From the NCBI RefSeq assembly GCF_006345805.1, contig NC_043002.1:83824001-83888000 (forward strand): a DNA stretch of 64,000 bases, read 5' to 3'. Positions 39,683-51,933 of this stretch are shown piece after piece. Source of the stretch: Octopus sinensis (taxonomy: Eukaryota). Within the stretch, counting starts at the first letter, position 1. Every line of letters begins with the position of its first letter. A program made the position numbers and the translations under genes. Below the pieces are notes generated by a model. That model was not told where the DNA came from and ran no database searches. It saw only the letters and a program-made list of their open reading frames with translations.

Positions 39683-40900
39683 CTAGCAATGCATCCCGGC
39701 GTTGCTCGGGTGTTATGACATACAGCCATATTGTATTATTTGTTCCTTTCTTATGGGCAGAATCAACACAGCTGATATATAGTGAACTGGATTACTGACG
39801 TAATGGAAGTAATTGTTTGTTTGAAAGTGAAGTGGGGGAGGGGTACAATTTACATGGGTCTGCATGAAAGTGCTTTAAGAAGGAACACAAACTATGCATT
39901 GTTTCAATGTATAAAAGGGGGTTAATACGATTTTGCCCAGAAATAACGTTTTCAAAATTTTAGTTTTACTCGTACCCACTGCAATTTCTTAATTTGTAAC
40001 TTTTTTTACGATTTTTTTTATCTATGTAGAAAAATACAGAGATCACGAATCTGAGAAATATTTTTTCTTCCAAAGTTTAATTTTTCTTAAAGAAACTTTC
40101 AATGCCCCTTCCCCCACCTCACACACCCATCACCTACCCGCTTTCGAAAACTAAAAACACCTAGTGTTTCACTTTCGTCTGATGTTTCTCGCATGCGTAG
40201 AATTGCACTGAAATAGCAGATGTAAAAAATATTAGAGCACCACCAGAAAACTCCGTATGCTAGAAACAACAGGTAAACGACATTATTTCTGAAGAAATTT
40301 CCCCGCTTTCCAAAAAGCTAAAAATGAAACATTCGGAGTTTGTAGCTTTTTGAAAGTGGTGAGGTGATGGGTGGGTGTCTGGGAAGGAGATTTTAGAAGA
40401 AAATTCTTAAAGATTTCTCCATGGATTACTAAGAAAAATATTCGAAAAAAGTTTTAAAAATTAAGAAATTGGAATGGGGAAGGGGAAGATTAAAATATTG
40501 AGAACGTGTTTTAGGGCGAAATACTTATCTCCTGTATTAAAAACATAGGAATAGGAAGAAATTTAGGAAAAAAATCAGGTGGTGGGAGAAAATTTCACCT
40601 CGGACATGCTAGAAACAACAGGTAAAGGACAGGATTTCTGGGAGAACTTCCTTTTAAATTTGTATCGAAGATCAGGCTTTTAAACACGCTCATCATAAAC
40701 ACGAATTACAGAATAGAAAAAGTTGATTTCAGTTGGATTTGAGCTGTAATTTTTCGAGTGCACATAACAAGAAATAACATAATTCATACAGAAGTTTTAC
40801 CTAGAGTGTGTGTGTATGTCCGTGCGTGCGTGCGTGCGTGCGTGCGTGTGTATGTATGAGTGTGCGTACGTGCGTGCGTGCGTGCGTGTGTGTGTGTGTA

Positions 40901-40933
<33 letters not shown>

Positions 40934-40958
40934 ACCAAAGGAAGTTATTTTATAGCAT
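39683..40958 (-). mobile_element. Non-autonomous Helitron
   Basis: The minus strand ends cccgagcaacgccggg (hairpin) atgcattgCTAG. 5' boundary approximate. Confidence 0.65.
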
Positions 40959-41730
40959 TCCTTCGTTTGAAGTTGTCAACTCGATCATATGGTCGACCAT
41001 ATGTGATCATATGATAGTTCGTTAATTTCCGTAAGAAAATTATTTCCTTATGCTTTGAAGAGAGCAGAAATTGAAAGGGATGAGAAAGTGAAAAGGCGAC
41101 ATTTGCTTTCAAGTGAGAGCAGAAAGTGAAAGATATATGTACGTATAAAATATATATGTACGTGTAAAAGATATATGTACGTGAAAAAAGAGAAGCAAAA
41201 GTAAAAGAAATATGTACGTGTAAAATATAGAACAGTATTATCTAATCGGTACGGAGCCGAAATTAGACCTCAATGGAGACATACAGAGAAACTCCATCAG
41301 AAACTTGCCGGTCTTTCAAACGATCTAACCTTCTTGTGTAGATGTAGAGACTCAAAGCTAATACCCCTGGCTTATTTGTTCTCATCTTGACACCAGTTGA
41401 TTCAAAAAAGCTCGAAGAGTAGCGGAAAGGGCAAGGCACGTCCTCGTCCGTGAGAGGATCCATTATAACCGTTGGAAAATCATCAACTAAATAACGAAAT
41501 CAAAGACAGGTTATCTTCATTAACTGGGAGAATAATCAGAGATGTTGAAAGAAAAAGAATCCAATGTAAATAATGTATAGAACTCCTCATCTCTAAAATA
41601 TAGAACATATGTACATGTATATGAAATGGACGTGTGTGTGAATGTGTGCGTATGTGTGAAAGAGAAAGAGTGAGTGAGTGAAGGTGTATGTTGTCATGTA
41701 TGTATCTTTTGCATCTATGTGTAAGTGGCA

Positions 41731-41768
<38 letters not shown>

Positions 41769-42248
41769 TTATCTTTCATATACACGTACATAAACACATA
41801 TGCATACATCTTTTTTGTATGCTTGTGTGCGAAAATGTGAGTGACTGTATTCCCCCGTAACATATAGAGAAATGGATGTCTTTTAAGGTACACACTCATA
41901 TAGAAAATGTGACGTCCTCGTCATGGTATAAAATGTCGTTTAGGATAGTTGAATTATATAAAGATAATAATGTTAAATTTTTGGAATGCAAATTTATAAA
42001 TGAAAATAAAGTTCATTTGTTAGCCGAAAGATTACTGAATCTTTTGATACCCCATACGTCAAAATCGGCAACTCAGTTTTCGAATGTATTCGCTAATTTC
42101 TGTAAGAACTTTTTAATTTTTTTATGCTTTCAAGAGTGCAGAAATTGAAAGAGAAGAGAAAGTAAAACCGCAACATTTGCTTTGAAGTGAGGGCAGAAAG
42201 TGAAAGATGTATGTATGTGCATATGAAATGGACGTGTGTGTGTGTGTG

Positions 42249-42289
<41 letters not shown>

Positions 42290-42737
42290 CATGTACTAGA
42301 GAGAGAAGGAAAGAGAGAGTGAATGAGTGAAGGTGTGTGTTGTCATGTATGAGTGGCATTCACTCGGTCTCTCTATATCTCCCACACACATATCTTTCGT
42401 ATACACATACATAAATACATATGCATACATCTTTTTTGTATATATGTGTGCGTGCGCGAGTGCATGTGAGAGAATGAGAGAGACTGTATTTCCTCTTAAC
42501 ATACAGAGAAATGGATGTCATTTAAGGTACACACAGAAAATGTGACGTCGTCGTCGTTGAATTGTGGTATAAAATTTTTACGATAGTTGACTTATAGCAA
42601 AGATTATAATGTAAAATTTTTGTAATGCAAATATGTAAATGAAAATAAAGTTTATTTGCAGTTCTATATTTAAGAGATGAGGAATTATGTACATTATTTA
42701 CATTCCACGGATATTTGTTCTCATCTTGTTTGTTGTT

Positions 42738-42783
42738 AACACAACGTTTCGGCTGATATGCCCTCCAGCCTTCTTCAGGTGTC
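42738..42783 (-). ncRNA. Minimal type I hammerhead ribozyme motif
   Basis: Minus strand GACAC-CUGAAGA-A-GGCUG-(10 nt)-CAGCC-GAAA-CG-UU-GUGUU. Confidence 0.75.
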
Positions 42784-43152
42784 TTGGTGAAATTTACTTC
42801 GCAGACGAACATCGCAAAGCTGTGACACAAGGAGGTATTGATAAATCGGGTATAGCTGATCATGTATGGAAGAATGGAGACCACCTCCTCCTGTGGGATG
42901 AAGTTAAAACAATAGATAGAGAACACCACTGAAAAATACGAGTACTAAAAGAAGCAGCACATATGCTAGGACACAACAACCTCCTAAGCAGACCGAGTGC
43001 AGATATGAGTAGCATATGGGAACCGATATTAAGGAAGGATAGAAAAATATTAAATTTATAAGCCCTAAAATTTACTCCATAAATGCCCACGGGCATATGG
43101 CGTAGTGGTTAAGAGCGCGGGCTACTAACCCCAAGGTTCGAAATTTTCCCAA

Positions 43153-43198
43153 GACACCTGAAGAAGGCTGGCAGGTATATCAGCCGAAACGTTGTGTT
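43153..43198 (+). ncRNA. Minimal type I hammerhead ribozyme motif
   Basis: GACAC-CUGAAGA-A-GGCUG-GCAGGUAUAU-CAGCC-GAAA-CG-UU-GUGUU, with intact core and helices. Confidence 0.78.
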
Positions 43199-43834
43199 GA
43201 TGAACACAAATATCCGTCGAATGTAAATAATGTAAATAAAGTTTATTTGGCAGACGTAAGATTACTGAGTCTTTTCATACCCCATACGTCAAAATGGCAA
43301 CTCAGTTTTCGAACGCATAAGGAAGATACACACACACACACATATACAAACTCTCTTTTATGTATATGGAAGTGTCCCTGTCTGTCTCTCACATTCCCTG
43401 TGTGTCTATCTCTTTCTGTCTCCTCCCCTTCACTGATATCAGCCACCTTCATTATGCCATATTTTCCTGAGCCAAACACTTTTGCACTCCTCTCATTTTA
43501 TCATGTAATAGCCCAACCTCCATAGTCGGTCAATTATCGATTTTTATTGAAATCCAATCAGTCTATACTTGAGCTGGATGTTAATTCAACATATATACAA
43601 AGTTTGGTGAAGATTGGTTCTCTGGTTTGGGCACCAGGATAATAACAGACAGACGGAAATTGCCATTTATATATAAGATGTATGTATTATGAATATGTAT
43701 GCATGTATGTCGCCACTGATATAGGAAGAAAGTGATTGAAAACTTACTGTTGTTGCAATTAGCCGGTCGGCAGAATAAAAATATATTATATATGAATATA
43801 AACACACTTAATTATGTATGCTACTCTCTTACAG

Positions 43835-44056
43835 GTAGAAGAAGTTACTAACTGGTTTACAAATGAACTTATTAATGACCCAGACGTATTAGCTGACACG
43901 AAGATCGAAATTGTTGACTATGCAAATATCGTAGCAGCTACTGGCGCAAAGATCAAAGGCTTTCGTACTCTTATTCTCCGAAATCATTACGTTGAACGCA
44001 GTGTCGTTGATATGGGTGTCCTTCGTTACCCTGATTTAAATAAGCCCTACTTCAAG
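43835..44056 (+). CDS. Gene family copy B, exon 4 (VEEVTNWFTN...RYPDLNKPYFK)
   Basis: ttacag| acceptor and AAG|gtaata donor, 222 nt. Homologous to 4584-4805. Confidence 0.95.
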
Positions 44057-44277
44057 GTAATATTTAAAACCACAAATACTCCCCCATTTTATTTATTAAT
44101 TTTAAAATTTTATTTACTCATTCTTATTTTTTATTTTTCATGGAAAGTGCCAAATTTCATACCTCATAGTACTTAAGATTCGTTGATCCGGGTTCTGATT
44201 ACAAATCTCAACTAGTTGGAGATAACTTTACATTTTATTCTATCTATTTCTCTCTCTCTCCCTCTCTCCCTCTCCCT

Positions 44278-44319
<42 letters not shown>

Positions 44320-45561
44320 AGAGATAGAGACATGATGATCACGATTTTTAAATCCACCATACTCATCAATTCTTGTCAGACACAAAGAATTAGTTTAATG
44401 TTTGATTTTTATATCTTCTATTACTCATTTGTCTGTATCACTCTCTTAACTCCTCTCAACAATCAAAATCTATAACATTCAGTAACTTACTCTTTATGCG
44501 AAGAAAGACTGTCTGCGAAGGATGAGAAAAGATGTTGCTAAAAAATTGTCGGAAGCCGCTGGAAAATCAAGTCACAACATCTTACTCAAAAGAGTTGAGT
44601 GGTGCAGCACGAACAAGCAATGAGGATAGTAGAAACATCTGACTCAAAGGTGCGGTATTTGACTCATCAAAGCACGAGCTACTATGCGGGAGTTTTGTTG
44701 CTTATATTAGTAGACGGTCATGGTCCGAAACACCTAGAGCTGTTTCACCGCCTGATGAGACACTGATCAATGCATTCGGAAACGGAGTAAAGCAGCACGC
44801 TCAGCACACAAGTGTGGTATTGATAGTTTCAATTTTTGCAGATCTTAAGCCAGTTCGTGTTGATGCTTTAAATACGATGTCTTGAGTTCGACCCCACTAG
44901 CATATTGGATAGATATCATTTTCCTGAATCGGCCCATATTTTGTGACTGAAATTGGCTAGAATTAACATTTATAGAAGTCAGTCAGTTGGATTGTATCCG
45001 TAATTCATCGGTACACCCTTGTTACACACTGTGTTACACTGATTCTACTAACAAATTACGCTATGGGTACATATGTCTGAAGAAGGTTCAGGCGCTAACA
45101 CTTCAATTCAATGAACAGGTAGTTCAGTTGATCAAACAATTGATTCCTCGTCAACGACAGAGATACATCCATCAACTTATTTACAGTACACACATGCACG
45201 GAAACCCTTTTATTCTATAAATGCATTGAATACTTGCCCTCAACAAAACATACTCTATGTAGCACTCTCATTCAAAAGAAAGAAAATCAATAAGCCACTT
45301 CCTGCATATTCTGATCATTAACCTTTATCAATTGATTAGAATTTCTGAAACACACGCTAATTTGCCAAGGAAACAGAAGTAGTTATCATCTGATTCCATC
45401 AATATTACCTATGAACTGTGACTTCTTCCAAACATTGAAGAACATGCTATTGGTTTTTAAACAATGATCAGCGCTCTAGCCAACTACATAATTAAAAGAT
45501 GTCTCCATTCCATACCAAACCAAGAAATTCTGCCACTGTTCATTGTGGTTTCTTGCAAAAC

Positions 45562-45873
45562 TTATTCTATGAATCTGCCTTCAGCTTCGTAGACTGATTC
45601 AATGTGAGACAAGAATCGTTGACGTGCTTGCACTAAATGGTCCTCCTTCATTTCGGACACCACCTGTACAATGGCGGCCTTCAGTGAAGCTATGGTATTA
45701 TGAAGATGTCGGTTAGTCTTTCTTTCAACAACGCTCCAAACGTAGTTCATATGACTTAAATTTGACGAGTTTGGTGTTACATGATCGTAAAGATTATCTA
45801 GCATCTGTTTTTTAGTTACGTGGGCTCTGGTGAGACGGTGCTGAATTTTGTCGAAACACATATGACCTTCCAC
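45562..45873 (-). mobile_element. Tc1/mariner maT-like transposase C-terminal fragment
   Basis: YVWSVVERKTN...NTIASLKAAI...EAEGRFIE*. Confidence 0.8.
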
Positions 45874-47948
45874 TGTGCATTCGAAATATCTATTCGTCGA
45901 AACGGTGCTCGTCTAATGTGAAGAGTGGACATTACACATGGATGGCACTTGTATGTAGAAAGTCAGAGAAGCGTGATGGATGATATCATCCTTCTAGAAG
46001 TGTATGTAGTTAGATACTAGTAATGGCATTAATGTGAGAAGGAAACGCTGGGAATACGTAATCTCTGACAGGTACAAGAGTATCAACGTACTGTATATTA
46101 GTTAAAATACAGACGAAGAGAATTTATATCGTAGTGATTCGATTTGGATAGAAGATTCAGATGAAAGAAATGGGAAACTGAGCTTATCGACGAAAAACTT
46201 TGCTAATAAATTCTTGTGTCAGATAAAAAAAAATGAAATTAAACATTGGGAAATGTATACTTAGATATACTATGTCAGAAAATTGAAGATTTGATTGCCA
46301 TGGATGGCATGTCTTTAATCATATAGGTTTGTAGGCTCATAACCTTCTTGGAAATAAACAGGAAGAACATGAGATTCAAAAGTATTTAACGCACTCACTT
46401 ATCTAAAGACGTTAAACCCATACTCCTTATTTAAGAAAACTTTGAATTAGAAACAAAATCATTTTATTCTGGCTATCAAAATTATCAGAAATTACCTCCG
46501 CGGTAAAGTTCACACCCTCAACAAAGATAAAATTACATTGATGAGCTCAAATTTTGTTTCCAGCTCATGAAAAATTATTGAACATACTTTAATCACCTTT
46601 ATCTACTGATCTTTTACAATGCTTCTTACAAACTTCTAAGAGTTTATCATAATTTGGACTGTTGTACATGTCAAAGTCGTCATGATGTCTGGTAGTTATA
46701 CATTACAGGATGTTTTACTTGGTGTAGATAAACTATATAAAGCGTCACTCTGAGTGATTAACATGAAGTCGCTTGCCAAAAACTGATAGGCACCGACGCA
46801 CAAATATGCTGTACTATTTTATTTTATCTGTCTTTTGCTACTGCTGCTGTTGCTGTTACTGTTGAGCGAACGGTCTTCGTCCCAGAGCTCACAAGATGGG
46901 AGAAGTCCGAAACGTAGTCCTTTGCTATTCGTAATACCCGCAGAAGAGAAAGCAGGTCAACCCCCGACACCGAGAGCATCGACGGATGGATGAATGCGCA
47001 TCCAAGCTCAGCGGTTGCGTAGGAAGTCGGGGACAAGAAGCAGGAAGAAAGAGTGGGAGAAAGTTGGGGCGAAAGAGTACAACAGGGGTCGCCGGAGCCT
47101 CATGGAGCTTTAGGTGTTTTCGCTCAATAAACACACACAACGCCCGGTCTGGGAATCGAAACCGCAATCCTCCGACCGCGAGTCCGCTGCCCTAACCTTT
47201 GGGCCATTGCGCCTACACGTTTTTGCTGCTGCTAATGCAATAGCTTCTACTTCTCAGAACTGGCTGGTCACATGTCATTTACATTCACTCACTTTCGATA
47301 TACTCGTCTCTATTCTTCTCCGTAACCCGTATTATGTGTCCATTAACAATTACTCACACTCCTTCCTATTCAGAACCTCAGCTCTCTGGTATTCCTTCTT
47401 AGCCTATATTTTTCCTGCAGCAGTCGACTCATACTGTTGAAGAAGAACATTAATCGCGTCATGGGTTTGTGGGGCTATGTAAGGCCATAAATACAACCTC
47501 TTCCTTCAATCTCTCAGTAGAATTTTATCTTTTCCTGCTTCATTTTTCTATCGATGTTACATGATCACTGGACGTTAAAAGACCATAGGTTGGAACTATC
47601 CAAATTTTGAGAGGCTATTTTTTATGACTGAGATAGAGGAGAGGAGCAATGCTCAAGCCCTTTTTTAATTTGTTAGGGCTTCCGAAACTGGTGGGAGGGA
47701 AGGAGAAAAATATCCTCAAACCGGAGACCTGATCTGAAGGCTTACAACAGAGTGGGACTCTGCTAAAAATACTCAAGGGTCAGAATATGGTATTAAACTG
47801 GACGACGGATTAAATTCCATGTCCCATTGTTTAATTTTGGTCGTTTGACAAAATATTTTCAAAAACTAAATCTTTCATGTTGTTTTCCCAAGAATTTTTA
47901 TCAATATTTTACATTTCATTAAAAGTTTTTTTTAATTATTTCTTGCAG

Positions 47949-48137
47949 TTATTCCGTATCCAGTTGTTTGCTTACAGACAATCTAAGGCAGTGTTATTTA
48001 TGCAAAAGGATACAAGCGGAATCAGAGGACAGTATCAATCAATGGTTTTCGTACCTAATGAAGCAGTTATTGCGAAATTAAAACAAGCAACCAAAATTAG
48101 AGCAGCAAACGAAGCTTTAGAAATGTTTAATGAATAA
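47949..48137 (+). CDS. Gene family copy B, terminal exon 5 (LFRIQLFAYR...LEMFNE*)
   Basis: ttgcag| acceptor, 189 nt, TAA at 48135-48137. The spliced CDS is 52+179+201+222+189 = 843 nt, or 280 aa. Confidence 0.95.
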   Translation, partial: LFRIQLFAYRQSKAVLFMQKDTSGIRGQYQSMVFVPNEAVIAKLKQATKIRAANEALEMFNE

Positions 48138-49019
48138 AACTATATATCATACATCATGTTAGGTTCTACTTTACAGTAGAAAATAAAAAGAGGTCGATTT
48201 GCAGAATCGGAGAGAGGAAAGATAAAACGGCATGCAATATTTAATTACATACTTTCACGTTCTGGGTTCAGAACCTGACAAAATAAATACCAGTTAAATA
48301 CTAGGGTCGACTGAATCGATTGTTCTCTTCTCCACAAATTCATATTGCATTAGAGTAGTTAAATATCGAAATGAATAGTAATCTTTTCTTACGTAGGTAC
48401 GGAGTTAAAAATCGGAGGGGGGGAGGCAACGAAATCGACCTCAATATTTGACTGGTACGTTATTTTATCGACTCGAAGGATTATTAGGCAAAGTTGACCT
48501 CGGTGGGGTTCGAACTCAGAACGTTATGATCTGGAAAGTATCACATACGCAATCTGTCCGAAGATCTAACGAGTCTGCTAATCTACTGTCCGCAAATTAC
48601 TCATAAATAAGAACATTAGTATTTACTTGATGTGATTAATAAGAATAAACTGAGCGCTTGAGTTTAGATTGGTTTTATACAATAGTTGGGTTATATATTT
48701 CCAAATTGTTTACGCGATTGTTGACGGTTGGAAAACAATAAAATGTAGATACAAGGTATCTACAAACTGTTACTTGCAGAATTTATAGAGCTACGTATAC
48801 ATTTTAAGGCATTTATTAGGTCACGTTCTGAATTCAATCCCTCCTGGTGCCGACTTTGTCTTTTAATCTTTCCTGGGACAGACGCAGGTGTGGCTGCACG
48901 ATAAGAAGTTTCCTTCCCAATCACAAGGTTCCGGGTTCAGTCCCACAGCGTGGCACTTTGGGCAATCGTCTTGGTAGACGGAAACTGAAAGAGCGTCACA
49001 CACGCATACACATATATAC

Positions 49020-49103
<84 letters not shown>

Positions 49104-50249
49104 AAAGTGTGTTTGTCCCCCAACCACTGCTTGACACCTGGTGTTGGTTTGTTTACGTCCCCATACCGTAGTAGTTCAGCAAAAGATTCCGATAGAATAA
49201 ATACCAGGTTTATAATAAAAAAAACAATCAGTGGTGGAGTCGATTTGTTCGACTAAACTCTTCAAGGTGGAACCCCAGTATGGCCGCAGTCTAATGACTA
49301 AAAAGGTAAAAGGTAAGCCATGTGCTGAATTGAGGAGCCCCAGTATGGCCGCAGTCTAATGACTAAAAAGGTAAAAGGTAAGCCATGTGCTGAATTGATT
49401 TCATTCGCTAAATGCCTTCCTTTGAGCCTGTTATGGAAATAGAAATTTTGATGATTATTAATAGACATATAATCAAAGGTGTTTCAGTCGTGACCATTAC
49501 GACTTTTAGAGGTATGTAGAACTGCATTATCTAATGTGCCCTGTGGTTTGTAAGACGGCGGGATGCGGTTTGAATGACATTTGACTGCTCGTACTAGAAG
49601 TTCGAAATATCACTACCGCGTATATGAGGTTAGAGCCCGCAAATTCACGTTATTAGAAAACGTTCTAATTCACTGAGTTAGCCTCTGCTTTTATTCATAG
49701 ACGGCAGTGTTAACAAGCTTATCATCACTACTTGGTCCTCTGGATGCTTCTAGCTGAGTTTACTCTGCTACAAACATTTGGACCATATGTCCTGCACTCG
49801 TTGACTTTTTGGTATTCTGGATGAATATCAACCGCATCAGTTTCCCCTACGTGAGAGGGTTTGCAAAAGTATATGGCCGCTATCCCACTCTTTCTCCTCC
49901 TCCTCCCCCTCCTCTTCCTCTGACTAGCATATATCAAAAACAGTTAAACAGATAATAAGGATGCCTCTTTGTAGTTACTCGACTTGGTGGAAACAGAAGC
50001 CAAATCCTCCTCAAATTACACACAATCTTTGTAAAAACACATTCGTTACTGATAATAATAGATTCAGTGTAATCCGATAATCTATCTAGATGTCTGCGTC
50101 AGCGTGGTAAGTAAGGCCGGGTTAAGGGTATCAGGACCGAAAGCGAAACATTTGAAAAGCAGCGAACTCGAGTACACAAACTTTGTACTCTTATACACAG
50201 TCCATATCCGTTTCCATCATTCATGCATGCACATATAAACACATAGACA

Positions 50250-50965
50250 ACTGTCACTCCGTCGGTTACGACGACGAGGGTTCCACTTAATCCGATCAAC
50301 AGATTCAGCCTGCTTCTGAAATTAACGTGAAAGTGGCTGAGCACTCAACAGACACGCACACCCTTAACGTAGTTCTCAGGGAGATTCAGCATCACACAGA
50401 ATGTGACAAGGCTGGCCTTTTAAATACAGATACTACTTATTTTTTACCAGCTGAGTGGACCAGAACAATGTGAAATAAAGTGTCTTGCTCAAGGTCATAA
50501 CCCGCCGCGCAGGACCGGTGGCATCACCTCCAGTCCAAAGGATTTTACCCATGCGGCATTAGTTATGCGAGAAAAAAAATAAAGTCACTTTCTGAATGCA
50601 CCGCATATTATCTAATGTATGATCAAGCATTAACTGGCTTGGTTCTCCGTCGGTTACGACGACGTTGTTTCCAGTTAATCTGATTAACGGAACGGCCTAT
50701 TCGTGAAATTAACGTGCAAGTGGCTGAGCACTCTACAGACAAGCGTACACTTAATGTAGTTCTCGGGGAGATTCAGCGTCACAACAGAATATGACAAGGC
50801 TGGCCCTTTGAATTACAAGTACAACTCATTTTTGTCAGCTGAGTGGACTGATGCAACGTGAAATGAAGTGTCTTAATCAAGGACATAACTCTTGCTAGGA
50901 ATCGAACTCATGATCTTACGATCGTGAGCCGAATACCTTAAACACTAAACCACGTACCTTAACAA
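50250..50965 (-). mobile_element. Two SINE family C bodies in tandem
   Basis: ccgtcggttacgacgacg...gaaattaacgtg...gagattcagc appears twice, and again at 54960-55335. Confidence 0.8.
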
Positions 50966-51898
50966 ACATGAACCGAATTCGTAGAAAAATGGCTGGGTGT
51001 TCACAGTTGGAACATTATCGACTTAAGGCTCCTACGATCGGTACTTACGGAAGATTAAACGAAGACGACATATAAATAGTAATATTTCTTAACTTTAATT
51101 TCTTACAGTCATTGGACTGCGGCTATGCTTGGACATCTCCTTGAAGGCTTTAATCTAAGAAATTGATCCAAACATATTCAAAAGCATTTGTATATCTTCG
51201 GTTTAAAAACTTCAGTATTTTGGATCAATATATTTGAATTTTTGAACAAATAATAGATCACAGAAAGAAGTGAAGATTAAAGAAACATTTTAAAGTCTGA
51301 AATACAAAAAAAAATATCTTAATTTGAATTAAATATAATTAACTTTTAGCTCAAAGAAGATGAAATAAAAAAGCATAATAATAAAAAAACACCAAAGAAT
51401 TAAGAATTATTGCTTATTTTGAAAAATACACTGAAGATAACTAAGACACTTTCACTGAATTTTTCAGCTGAAAAAAATGTTTGAAATTTTTTAAATATGA
51501 AAAATTTCTTACTCTAAAATTTCTGACTCTAAAATCAGTAGAAAGAAACAAAAGACTCTCGCGTCAAACTGAATAATGGATCTGGAGAATGCTTGCATGC
51601 ATGCATGTATGTATGTATGTATGTATGTATGTATGTATGTATGTATGTATGTATGTATGTATGTATGTATGTATGTATGTATGTATGTATGTATGTATGC
51701 GTGTGTGCATGTTTGTGAGTGTGTATATTTATGTATGTGTGCTTATATGTATGCGTGTGCGTGTATACGTATTTTCACCAAAAATTTTCACACGAAATCA
51801 GGAATAAAAACAAAAACAATCCAAATATGCGTATTTTTTTTTTGTCTTAAATTCTTAATGTGAACTCAAATACTTATGATAAAGTAATAATAATAATA

Positions 51899-51933
<35 letters not shown>

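Larger units (their letters stand above)
42659..43233. mobile_element. Penelope-like element remnant: inverted termini, GIY-YIG C-terminal fragment and tRNA-like head, with 16-bp TSD
   Basis: TSD aaataaagtttatttg at 42643-42658 and 43234-43249. EHRKAV...KSGIADHVW...WDEVKTIDREHH*KIRVLKEAAHM at about 42800-42990. Confidence 0.85.
41610..43315 (+). repeat. ~600-bp tandem segmental duplication in intron 3; second unit interrupted by a Penelope insertion
   Basis: tatgaaatggacgtgtg...cagagaaatggatgtc...gattactga...ccccatacgtcaaaat occurs twice. Confidence 0.85.

Noticed and set aside
43091-43145. tRNA gene (also the heads at about 14400-14465, 36465-36530 and 47150-47215)
   Set aside because: Only A/B boxes and partial arms, no complete cloverleaf or acceptor stem, and continuous with repeat bodies. 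These are SINE heads.
44700-44800. Hammerhead-like ctgatgag...ggaaacggagta
   Set aside because: Helices I-III cannot be formed convincingly.
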